Origin: an uncultured Gemmatimonadales bacterium
GTDB lineage: Bacteria; Gemmatimonadota; Gemmatimonadetes; Gemmatimonadales; GWC2-71-9
Direction of reading: 5' to 3'
Assembly (NCBI GenBank): GCA_963739455.1
Contig: CAVUAK010000001.1
Location: forward strand, 1,920,001 to 1,984,000
DNA: 64,000 nucleotides
Positions within the stretch are counted from its first letter, which is position 1, and each line of letters opens with the position of its first letter. The notes beneath the pieces were generated by a model, which was given only the letters and a program-made list of their open reading frames with translations, ran no database searches and was not told the DNA's origin. The translations under genes were made by a program, and so were the position numbers. Below are positions 31,480 to 40,611 of this stretch, in pieces.

Positions 31480-32715
31480 GTGAGCGAGATCAGCCGGCGC
31501 GACATGCTTGCCGGGATGACCGGCCTTGCTGCCACCCTCACTCTTGGCTCCACAAGAATGCCTGCGATCGCGCCCGACTTCCCCCGCAAGTCCGATTTCC
31601 TGATCCCCGACGGCCTCACCTACATCAACTCGGCGTACACCCATCCGATGCCGAAGGCAGGTGTGGAGGCGCTGAGGGCGTATGCGCTGAGCCGTGCCAC
31701 ACCGACCGTCGACCTCTTTGACACGTCGGCGGCGGTGAAGCGGGTGAAGGCGGAGTTCGCGGCGCTGATCAACGCCACGCCCGAAGAGCTCGCGTTCATC
31801 CCCAACACCAGCACCGGCGAAAACCTTGTGGTGCGCGGGCTCGGTATCCCGGGCACCGGCGGCAACGTGGTGACGGATGCGCTGCACTTCGATGGTGCGA
31901 TCCTCCACCTGCAGGCGCTCCAGTCCCAGGGCCTGGAACTCCGGATGGCGATGCCGACGGCCGACGGTCGCATTGAACTGGCCGATCTCGACCGGCTGAT
32001 CGACCGCAACACGCGCCTGGTCGAAGTCTCTCTGGTGGCGATGTACAACGGGTTCGAGCACGACCTGAAGGCGGTGTGCGACCTGGCGCATTCGCGCGGG
32101 GCACTGGTGTATGCCGACATCATACAGGGCGTGGGGGCAGTGCCATTCGACGTGCGGGCGAGCGGCGTCGACTTCGCTGCGGCAGGCAGCTTCAAGTGGC
32201 TGATGGGCGATTTCGGCCTCGGATTTCTCTACGTCCGGGCCGACCTGATCGAGCGGGTGCTCAAGCGCACCACGTTCGGGTATCACTCCTCGCCCGATAT
32301 CGTCACGCACTTCCTGCCCTCCGACGCGCCTGGTGCGCCGCCCTTCGCCTGGGAGTTCGGCACCGGGGCCTCGTCGACGTATGAGGTGGGTAGCAGGGCG
32401 GCGGCAGCGCTGATGGTGCTGGACGCCTCGCTGCCCTACCTGCGCAGGCTGGGGGTCGAGCGCATCCAGGCGTGGCGCCAGCCACTTCTGGAGAGCTTGA
32501 GGACGGAACTGGGCCAGCGGGGCTTCACTCCGGTGACGCCGCCCGGTACCACATCGCCGATCCTGGCTTTCACCTTTCCGGTTGAACGGCCAGTGGCCGA
32601 GCGGCTCAAGGCCGCCCGGATCAATGCCCGGGTCGGGGACCGGTACCTTCGGCTGTCGCCCTCGGTCTTCAACGACCCGGCCGATGTGGGCCGGGTCGTC
32701 GAAGCACTCGCCTAG
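31480..32715 (+). CDS. PLP-dependent class V aminotransferase with a Tat-like signal
   Basis: SRRDML twin-Arg motif; [23 protein letters not shown] (PLP Lys), RLSPSVFN. Confidence 0.85.
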   Translation: MSEISRRDMLAGMTGLAATLTLGSTRMPAIAPDFPRKSDFLIPDGLTYINSAYTHPMPKAGVEALRAYALSRATPTVDLFDTSAAVKRVKAEFAALINATPEELAFIPNTSTGENLVVRGLGIPGTGGNVVTDALHFDGAILHLQALQSQGLELRMAMPTADGRIELADLDRLIDRNTRLVEVSLVAMYNGFEHDLKAVCDLAHSRGALVYADIIQGVGAVPFDVRASGVDFAAAGSFKWLMGDFGLGFLYVRADLIERVLKRTTFGYHSSPDIVTHFLPSDAPGAPPFAWEFGTGASSTYEVGSRAAAALMVLDASLPYLRRLGVERIQAWRQPLLESLRTELGQRGFTPVTPPGTTSPILAFTFPVERPVAERLKAARINARVGDRYLRLSPSVFNDPADVGRVVEALA

Positions 32716-32736
32716 GCGGCCCCTGGGGCCGCAGCT

Positions 32737-32765
32737 TTGATCTTCGCGCCTGGAGGGGCTATCTT
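32737..32765 (+). promoter_or_regulatory. sigma70-type promoter for glyQS
   Basis: TTGATC-N17-TATCTT, just after the GCGGCCC-ctg-GGGCCGC hairpin that follows the upstream gene. Confidence 0.55.
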
Positions 32766-32807
32766 GACGCCCCTGAACGACTTCCGTTTCCCCTAGCGCT
32801 CGTGAAC

Positions 32808-34145
32808 ATGGCCGAAAACACCCTCATGGAAAAGCTCGTGTCGCTGGCCAAGCGGCGCGGCTTCGTCTTCCAGTCTTCCGAGATCTACGGGGGCCTCGGC
32901 TCCGTGTGGGATTACGGCCCGCTGGGCGTTGAACTCAAGAAGAACGTCAAGGATCGCTGGTGGCGTGCGATGGTCCACGCGCGTGACGACATCGAGGGGC
33001 TCGATGCCGCCATCCTGATGCATCCGCGCGTGTGGGAGGCGTCGGGGCATGTGGCCGGGTTCACCGATCCGCTGGTGGACTGCAAGCAGTGCAAGAACCG
33101 ATTCCGGGCCGACGACAAGCGCATCAAGGGCACGCCGGGCCAGCCCGACGCCCAGTGCCCGGTTTGCGGATCCAAGGGCACGCTGACGGAGCCGCGCCTG
33201 TTCAACCTCATGTTCAAGACGTTCATGGGGCCGGTGGAGGAGCAGGCGGCGATCGTGTTCCTGCGGCCGGAGACGGCGCAGGGCATCTACGTCAACTACC
33301 AGAACGTGCTCAACTCGTCGCGGCAGCGCGTGCCGTTCGGCATCGCCCAGATCGGCAAGGCGTTCCGGAACGAGATCACGCCGGGGAACTTCATCTTCCG
33401 CACTCGCGAGTTCGAGCAGATGGAAATGCAGTTCTTCGTGAAGCCCGGCACCGACATGGAGTGGTTCGAGCGGTGGCGCGAGTGGCGCATGGAGTGGCAC
33501 AAGTCGATCGGCCTCAACCCGGCGAAGTTGCGCTGGCATGCGCACGGTCCCGGCGAACTGGCACACTACGCCAAGGCGGCGTTCGACATCGAGTATGAGT
33601 TTCCCTTCGGCTGGCAGGAAATCGAGGGGGTGCACAACCGCTCCGACTTCGACCTGGGCCGGCACCAGGAGTATTCCGGGAAGAAGCTGGAATACTTCGA
33701 CCAGGCTGCGAACGAGCGGTATCTCCCGTACATCGTGGAGACCTCGGCGGGCGCCGATCGCGTCACGCTCACGCTGATGGCCGACGCCTACCGCGAGGAA
33801 AACGTCGAGGGCGAGACACGCGTCGTGCTCGGGTTCGACCCCGGCATCGCCCCGATCAAGGCAGGCGTCTTTCCGCTGGTCAAGAAGGACGGCATGCCGG
33901 AACTGGCCGATCGCGTCTATCACGACCTCAAGAAGCAGTTCACCGTGTTCTACGACGACAGTGGCGCCATCGGCCGTCGCTACCGTCGCATGGACGAAGC
34001 GGGGACGCCGTTCTGCATCACGGTCGATGGAGAGACGCAGGTGGACCAGACCGTGACGGTACGGGCCCGCGATGCCATGACGCAGGAGCGTGTCGCCGTG
34101 AGCCAGCTGGGGGAGTACATCGGGTCGCGTATCCGCGGCAGCTGA
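32808..34145 (+). CDS. glyQS: Glycine--tRNA ligase, alpha2 (single-subunit) type
   Basis: [30 protein letters not shown]...[22 protein letters not shown]. Confidence 0.97.
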   Translation: MAENTLMEKLVSLAKRRGFVFQSSEIYGGLGSVWDYGPLGVELKKNVKDRWWRAMVHARDDIEGLDAAILMHPRVWEASGHVAGFTDPLVDCKQCKNRFRADDKRIKGTPGQPDAQCPVCGSKGTLTEPRLFNLMFKTFMGPVEEQAAIVFLRPETAQGIYVNYQNVLNSSRQRVPFGIAQIGKAFRNEITPGNFIFRTREFEQMEMQFFVKPGTDMEWFERWREWRMEWHKSIGLNPAKLRWHAHGPGELAHYAKAAFDIEYEFPFGWQEIEGVHNRSDFDLGRHQEYSGKKLEYFDQAANERYLPYIVETSAGADRVTLTLMADAYREENVEGETRVVLGFDPGIAPIKAGVFPLVKKDGMPELADRVYHDLKKQFTVFYDDSGAIGRRYRRMDEAGTPFCITVDGETQVDQTVTVRARDAMTQERVAVSQLGEYIGSRIRGS

Positions 34146-34210
34146 GGCCGCATGCTTAGATTCGGGGACGGGCGCTGGTGCGCCCGGTCCCAGTCAGGAA
34201 GGATGCCGGT

Positions 34211-35430
34211 ATGCTGAAGTCATTGCTGCTCTCCGCGTTGCTGGCCATGGGCGCCGTGTCGCCCGGCGGCACCGCCAACCCCATCGATCCCGAGTACCGC
34301 CTGGTGGTGGTCAGCGAGTCGGGGGACATCATCACCTGGATCAGGGTGAAGGATGGGAAACTCGAGTCGGAGCGCGTGGTGCCGATCGGCATCATGCCGG
34401 CGGACATCGATGGCCCGCACAACGTCACCATCGCCCCTGACAACAGGAGCTACTACGTCTCGGTGGCGCACGGCACGCCGTACGGCTCGTTGTGGCGGCT
34501 CGACGCCTTCAACGACACGCTGATCGGTCGTCGCCCCGTGGAGTACTTTCCCACCACGATCTCGGTTACCCCCGACGGCGAGCTCGCTTTCGTCGCCAAC
34601 AGCGATTTCTATGGCGACCGGCCCCGGGTCAACCCGCTGTCGATCGTGCACACGCCCGACCATGACCACGATCACCAACCTGCCGGTGTGCGACATGCCG
34701 CATGGAGTAAAGGTGAATCACGCGGGCAGCAGCGTCTACGTGTCGTGCATGCACTCGGATGAATTGCTCGAACTCGATATTTCGACGCTGAGCATCGTTC
34801 GCCGGGTCAAGACGGGCTCGGGCCATGCGATGACCGGCGGCGGTCACGACATGGACGCTCATAAGGCGACGGCGGCAGCCCCCGCGTCCACCGCCGGCGG
34901 CGTCGGCCCCCGCCCGGGGTCATCGGAGCATGCCGGGCACGACATGAGCACCATGACCATGACCGGCCCCAAGGGCGGCCCCGACCTGTCGAAGGAGTGT
35001 GCCCCGACGTTCGTGTCGGTATCGCCCGACGACAAGACTCTCTACGCGGCCTGCAACGTCGGGCTACACGATGCAGGTGTGGGATGCCGCCACGATGACG
35101 CTCATCAAGGAAGTGCCGACGGGGAAGGGCGCCTACAACGTCGAGCCCTCGCCCGATGGCAAGTTCGTGATCGTCACGAACAAGAAGGACCAGAGCATCA
35201 GCGTCTTCGATGCGCGCACCCTCACGGAGGTGGCGCGGATTCCCACCACGAAGAAGATCGTGCACGGCATCGCGTACTCGCCCGACAGCAAGCTGGCGTT
35301 CATTACCCAGGAGTCGATCGGGGCCGACCCCGGTGCCGTGGACATGATCGACCTGACCACCCTCAAGAACATCGGGACGCTGCCGGTGCCGGCGCAGCCG
35401 ACCGGCATCTCCACCTGGCGCAAGCCATGA
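34211..35430 (+). CDS. Exported YncE/YVTN-like beta-propeller protein with a His/Met-rich insert (frameshifts near 34655 and 35062)
   Basis: Signal peptide; repeated blades (PHNVTIAPD, VTPDG, PHGV, SPDDK, SPDGK, SPDSK); insert GHAMTGGGHDMDAH...EHAGHDMSTMTM. Confidence 0.75.
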
Positions 35431-35693
35431 CGTTCGAGGCGCTGACTGCGCTGGACGGCCCGGCGGTGCTCGCCCGCGCCAAGGAGTTCTTCGCCGAGCG
35501 GGTGCCGCTGAACGCGGCATTTCCCGAGAAGGAGGGCGCCGGCTGGCTGGTACTGCGTGGCCAGGGTGGGGAAGAGGTGGCCATAGCGGTGGCACCCGCC
35601 GATGGTGGCGTGCGCGTCCGTGGGTCGACCCTGTTCTTCGACCAGGCGCTGGATCGCTTCCTCTCCACGTTGCCGCCCGTGGCCGGAGCGTGA
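35427..35693 (+). CDS. Small hypothetical protein (88 aa)
   Basis: ATGA overlap with the upstream gene; MTFEALTALDGPAVLARAKEFFAER...LRGQGGEEV...FDQALDRFLSTL; host-like codon usage. Confidence 0.75.
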   Translation: MTFEALTALDGPAVLARAKEFFAERVPLNAAFPEKEGAGWLVLRGQGGEEVAIAVAPADGGVRVRGSTLFFDQALDRFLSTLPPVAGA

Positions 35694-35956
35694 CACCGGC
35701 CACCGTGCTCCCCGTCCGCGTGATGGTGGAGGACGTCTGGAATGAGGTCAGGATCGATCTGCCGTCGTCCACGCCGCTGGGCGACCTCAAGGCAGCCGCG
35801 CTCCGGCAGGCCGGAGTACCGGGTGACCCGGCGGACTATCTCATGAAATACCTTGGCGCGGAATTGCAGGACGAGGATCGCAGCCTGGCCGACGCCGGCG
35901 TCGTGCCGAATGCCGCGCTCGTCGTGCTGCCGCGCCGGAGACGTCCCCTCCGCTGA
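35690..35956 (+). CDS. Putative ubiquitin-like (beta-grasp, YukD/EsaB-like) protein
   Basis: GTGA overlap; strand-strand-helix pattern, then YLMKYLGAELQDEDRSLADAGVVPNAALVVL, resembling ubiquitin LIFAGKQLEDGRTLSDYNI. Confidence 0.65.
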   Translation: MTPATVLPVRVMVEDVWNEVRIDLPSSTPLGDLKAAALRQAGVPGDPADYLMKYLGAELQDEDRSLADAGVVPNAALVVLPRRRRPLR

Positions 35957-35988
35957 CGGGCTCCCCGGCAGCTGCGCGCCGGACGCGG

Positions 35989-36234
35989 ATGACGCGGGCA
36001 GTCGTGCTGTTCGCGGCCGCGATGCTTGCGTTCGACGGGGTGGCCGTGATCGTCCTCGGTGTCCTGGCCCACCGCCCCCTCTTTATTGTCATGGGCATCA
36101 TCATCGCGGTCGCGGCGGTGGGCACCCTGGTCTCCTGGAGCAGGCACAAGGCCCGCCTCGCCGAGATCAAGCGCGAGCACGGCAGCCTGAAGGACGAGCT
36201 TCGCTCCCTGGACGACTTCATCCAGCGTCGCTGA
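35989..36234 (+). CDS. Small two-TM membrane protein with a C-terminal coiled coil
   Basis: Two hydrophobic stretches followed by RHKARLAEIKREHGSLKDELRSL. Confidence 0.65.
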   Translation: MTRAVVLFAAAMLAFDGVAVIVLGVLAHRPLFIVMGIIIAVAAVGTLVSWSRHKARLAEIKREHGSLKDELRSLDDFIQRR

Positions 36235-36237
36235 GTC

Positions 36238-37135
36238 GTGGCCCTCCCGGTCTTCACCCATCCAGCATGCCTGTCCCATGACCCGGGACCGGACCATCCC
36301 GAGACGCCCGCCCGGCTGTCGGCGGTGCTGGCACTTCTTCGTGGTGATCCGGCCTTCGATGTCCGGAACGCCGCGCCGGCACCGCTCGAGCCGATACTGC
36401 GCGTGCACCCGCAGGCATACCTCGACTCGGTGAGGGCATTCAGCCTCGCCGGTGGCGGTGCGCTCACCGGCGACACGACGCTGAATGCGCAGAGCTGGGA
36501 TGCGGCACTCGGCGCGGCCGGCGCGGTGCTGGCGGCGACGGACCTCGTGCTCACGCGCGGTGGCCACGCGTTCGCTGCCGTGCGGCCGCCGGGGCACCAC
36601 GCGCTGCGCGACACCGCCATGGGCTTCTGCCTGGTGAACAACGTCGTCGTCGCAGCCTATGCCGCCCTCGCGACCGGCCGTGCTCGCGTCCTGATCATCG
36701 ACTGGGACGTGCACCACGGGAATGGCACGCAAGCACTCGTGGAGCACGACCAGCGTATTCGCTTCGTCTCGCTGCACCAGCATCCGTGGTATCCCGGCAC
36801 CGGGCTCGCCACGGAGCGCGGCGTCGGCAACGTCTTCAACGTGCCCCGCGGACCCGGCCGTCCGCCCGACTGGTACGTCGAGGACCTGTGGGACGCGATC
36901 GTCACCGCCACGCGCAGACTGGATGCCCGACATCGTCTTCGTCTCCGCCGGGTTCGATGCCATGCTGGGTGACCCGCTCGGTGGCTTCACGCTCGAGCCG
37001 GCGCACTACGCCGAACTGACGCGCCGACTGCGCGAGTCCCTGCGCGACCAGCCGATCGTCGGGCTCATGGAGGGCGGCTATATTCCCGCCCGTCTCGCCG
37101 AGGGCGCCGCGGCCCACTGTCGCGCCCTCGGATGA
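36238..37135 (+). CDS. Histone deacetylase family (AcuC/AphA-like) Zn amidohydrolase (frameshift near 36915)
   Basis: HPETPARL, RPPGHHA, MGFC, DWDVHHGNGTQ, SAGFD, EGGY. Confidence 0.9.
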
Positions 37136-37169
37136 GCGTCCCGACACCACTCCGTTCCGAGGCACGCCC

Positions 37170-38195
37170 GTGAGCGCATCGCTCCGCCTGAGCGCCGAGA
37201 TACTCGAACTCCGCACCCGTCACCCGTTCATCATCGCGCGGGGCGGGCAGAGCGACTACCGCACGGTTTGGGTGAGGCTCACCGACGCCGAGGGCCGCGA
37301 GGGCTGGGGCGAGGCAGCGGCCACGAAGTTCTACGGGGAGACTGCTGAGACTGTCCTCGCCGCGCTGAACGTCTATGCGGCGCACATGCCGAGGGATGCG
37401 TTCGACCTCGAGGAGGGCGAGCGGAACTGGGAACTGGCCATGCGCCTCAATCCTGCGGCGCGGGTGGCACTCTCTACGGCACTGCACGACCTCGCTGCAC
37501 AGCGGGCCGGCGTACCACTTCATCGGTTCTGGGGGCTCGACGCCTCCCGCGCGCCGATGTCGACCTTCACCATCGGCATCGACACCAGCGAGAAGATGCA
37601 GGCCAAGGTGCGCGAGGCCGCGTCGTATCCCATCCTCAAGGTGAAGCTCGGCACGGACCGCGACCTGGAGATCCTCCAGGCCCTTCGTGAAGTGACCGAT
37701 CGCGAGATCCGGGTGGACGCCAACTGCGCCTGGACGGCGCGGGAAGCGATCGACATGCTGCCGGTGCTCGAGGAATTCCAGGTGACGGTGCTCGAGCAGC
37801 CGGTGGCGCCGACCGACCTCGATGGCTTCGCGCTCATCCGCGCGCGCGCGAACATTCCCATCATTGCCGACGAAAGCTGCAAGACCGCGGCGGACATTCC
37901 GGCGCTGGTGGGCAAGGTGGACGGCATCAACATCAAGCTCGCCAAGTGTGGCAGCCTCCGCGAGGCGATTCGCATGGTGGCGGTGGCCCGCACCTATCAC
38001 CTGCAGGTGATGCTGGGCTGCATGATCGAGAGCTCGATCGCCATCACGGCGGCGGCGCACCTGGCACCATTGGTGGATATCGTCGATCTCGACGGTGCGG
38101 CGCTACTCTCCAACGATCCTTTCCAGGGTGCCACCATCGACGGCGGCCAGCTCACGCTTCCCACTGGTCCGGGGCTCGGCGTTACGCGGCGATGA
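37170..38195 (+). CDS. Dipeptide epimerase (L-Ala-D/L-Glu epimerase-like, enolase superfamily)
   Basis: PFIIARG, GWGEA, KVKLG, DAN, EQP, DES, KLAKCG, DLDG. Confidence 0.88.
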   Translation: MSASLRLSAEILELRTRHPFIIARGGQSDYRTVWVRLTDAEGREGWGEAAATKFYGETAETVLAALNVYAAHMPRDAFDLEEGERNWELAMRLNPAARVALSTALHDLAAQRAGVPLHRFWGLDASRAPMSTFTIGIDTSEKMQAKVREAASYPILKVKLGTDRDLEILQALREVTDREIRVDANCAWTAREAIDMLPVLEEFQVTVLEQPVAPTDLDGFALIRARANIPIIADESCKTAADIPALVGKVDGINIKLAKCGSLREAIRMVAVARTYHLQVMLGCMIESSIAITAAAHLAPLVDIVDLDGAALLSNDPFQGATIDGGQLTLPTGPGLGVTRR

Positions 38196-40606
38196 CTGAC
38201 GCGTACGCCCGCGTCGCGCTCCCCCTCCCGCTTCACAACGGATATCTCTACCACATTCCCGAGCCGCTTCGCGGCTCGGTGACGGCCGGTATGCGCGTCG
38301 TCGTGCCGGTGCGGGGCCGCGAACTGATTGGCCTCGTTGTGCGCCTGGAGGCCGACCCGCCGCCGGTGCGCGCGCTCGACCTGCTCGCCGCGCCAGACGC
38401 GGAGCCGCTGCTCACGCCGCCGCTCCTGGCAACGGCCGAATGGGTGGCCGGGTACTACGGTGCGCCATTGGGCCTCGCCCTGCGCGCAGCACTGCCAGCC
38501 GCAATGTGGGGTGAATCGAAGGTCATCATGCGCCTGCTCGATGCATCACTGGCAGAGGGCGCAGTGGCCGGTGAATTGGTGCGTTGGCTCGCACCCCGGG
38601 TTGGCGGCGGCACGGTGTCCGCCGCGTCGCGCGCGCTCGGACGGAGCCTGTGGGAGACGGTCTGGCGGCTCGTGGAGCGAGGGGCCATCGATCTCGAGGT
38701 CGTGCCGCCTGATACCGGGGAGAAGCGCGTAAGCGAGCGGATGCTCGTCCTGGCGGAGCACGTGCCGGGACTTCTCGAGCGCGATGCCCTCTTTCGCCGG
38801 AGCCCAAAGCAGCGCCAGTTGCTCGAGCTCCTCGAGACCCGAGGTGGCGTGGCCGGCGTGCGCGAGTTGCGCGAGCGCGACGGCGTGACGGACGCGGTCA
38901 TGCGGGGGCTGGTAGATCGGGGCCTCGCCCGCGTCGGCGGGGCGGAACGCATTCGCGATCCGTTCGCCGGTGTTGGAGGCACGCCGCCTCCCGAGCGACC
39001 GACGCCGGGGCAGGAGGCGGCCATTGCGGTGATCGAGTCGCTTGGACCCGGTGAGGCGGCGCTGCTGCAGGGCGTCACCGGAAGCGGCAAGACGTTCGTC
39101 TACCTCGAGGCGGTGAAGCGCGCGCTGGCCACCGGACGCGGGGCCATCGTGCTGGTGCCTGAAATCGCGCTCACGCCCCAGACCGTCAGCCGGTTCCGGG
39201 GCGTCTTTGGCGACCAGGTGGCCGTGCTGCACAGCGGACTCTCCGATGGTGAGCGTGCGGACGCCTGGCGGCTGCTGCGGCGGGGGGAGCGTCGTGTCGC
39301 AGTCGGGGCACGTTCTGCGATCTTCGCGCCGGTGCGAGACCTCGGCCTCATCGTCATCGACGAGGAACACGAAACAAGCTACAAGAACGGCGAGGCGCCG
39401 CGGTATCACGCGCGCGATGTTGCGATGGTCCGCGCCCGGCTGGAGCAGGCGCGCGTGGTGCTCGGAAGTGCCACGCCATCGCTCGAGTCGCACGCAGAGG
39501 CCGGCAAGTCGCTGCACCTGGTGCGCCTGCCCAGCCGCATCGAGCAGCGACCCATGCCACCGGTCGAGGTCATCGATCTGCGGAACGCCGCACTTGTGCG
39601 CGAGGCGGCGCCGGTGCCGTGGTCCGAGGCGCTCGATACCGCCCTGGGCGGCGTCCTCGCGAACCACGAGCAGGCGCTCCTGCTGCTCAACCGGCGGGGA
39701 TACGCATCCTTCCTTCAGTGCCAGTCATGTGCTGCGGTTGCCGGCTGCCCGAACTGCAGCATCGCGCTCACGGTGCATCGCTCGCCGGAGGGCCTGCGCT
39801 GCCACTACTGCGATCACCGTGAGTCGATGCCGCTGGCGTGCGCGCAATGCGGTGGCGCGGTGCAGGTGGGGCGCGGCGTCGGCACGCAGCAACTCGAGCG
39901 CCTGGTAGCGGAACGCTTTCCCACGGCGCGGGTGGCCCGCATGGATCTCGACACGACCGGCGGGAAGGGCGCGCACCAGCGCATTCTCTCCGCGGTCGAC
40001 AGCGGTGACGTGGATATCCTCCTCGGCACGCAGATGATCGCCAAGGGGCTCGACTTTCCACGGGTGACACTGGTAGGCGTGGTGGATGCGGATACTGCGC
40101 TGCACCTGCCCGACTTTCGCGCTTCTGAACGCACGTTCCAGTTGCTGGCACAGGTGGCTGGGCGCGCCGGCCGTGGTCCCCGGGGCGGCCGCGTCATCGT
40201 GCAGACCCGCTCGCCCGCACATCACGCGCTCACTTTTGCCGCGGCGCATGACACCGACGGGTTCGCCGCCGCTGAGCTGGACCTTCGGCGCTCGCCGGCC
40301 TATCCGCCGTTCACCAGCCTGGTGAACATCATCGTGTCATCGCAGGAGGAACTGGGTACGGCAAGTGCCGCGGAAGCGGTGGCGGCGTGGTGTGTGCGCC
40401 TGGTGCAGAGTCGCGACTTGCCGGTCGCGGTGCTCGGTCCCGCGCCCTGTCCGCTGGCGCGCCTCAAGGACCGGTGGCGCTGGCACGTGATGCTGAAGGG
40501 TCCGTCACGTGCCATAGGCCAGGTGGTGCGGTATGCGGCCCGCCGGCTGCCGAAAGTGCACCAGGTGCGGGTGGTGCTCGACCGCGATCCTGTCACCCTG
40601 CTGTAG
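38192..40606 (+). CDS. priA: Primosomal protein N'
   Basis: GVTGSGKT, LVPEIALTPQ, IDEEHE, SATPS, four CxxC pairs, GTQMIAKGLDFP, QVAGRAGR. Confidence 0.96.
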   Translation: MTDAYARVALPLPLHNGYLYHIPEPLRGSVTAGMRVVVPVRGRELIGLVVRLEADPPPVRALDLLAAPDAEPLLTPPLLATAEWVAGYYGAPLGLALRAALPAAMWGESKVIMRLLDASLAEGAVAGELVRWLAPRVGGGTVSAASRALGRSLWETVWRLVERGAIDLEVVPPDTGEKRVSERMLVLAEHVPGLLERDALFRRSPKQRQLLELLETRGGVAGVRELRERDGVTDAVMRGLVDRGLARVGGAERIRDPFAGVGGTPPPERPTPGQEAAIAVIESLGPGEAALLQGVTGSGKTFVYLEAVKRALATGRGAIVLVPEIALTPQTVSRFRGVFGDQVAVLHSGLSDGERADAWRLLRRGERRVAVGARSAIFAPVRDLGLIVIDEEHETSYKNGEAPRYHARDVAMVRARLEQARVVLGSATPSLESHAEAGKSLHLVRLPSRIEQRPMPPVEVIDLRNAALVREAAPVPWSEALDTALGGVLANHEQALLLLNRRGYASFLQCQSCAAVAGCPNCSIALTVHRSPEGLRCHYCDHRESMPLACAQCGGAVQVGRGVGTQQLERLVAERFPTARVARMDLDTTGGKGAHQRILSAVDSGDVDILLGTQMIAKGLDFPRVTLVGVVDADTALHLPDFRASERTFQLLAQVAGRAGRGPRGGRVIVQTRSPAHHALTFAAAHDTDGFAAAELDLRRSPAYPPFTSLVNIIVSSQEELGTASAAEAVAAWCVRLVQSRDLPVAVLGPAPCPLARLKDRWRWHVMLKGPSRAIGQVVRYAARRLPKVHQVRVVLDRDPVTLL

Positions 40607-40611
40607 CCTGC

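Noticed and set aside
35690..35956. ThiS/MoaD sulfur carrier or a conjugating ubiquitin system
   Set aside because: No C-terminal GG and no E1, E2 or JAB genes in the window
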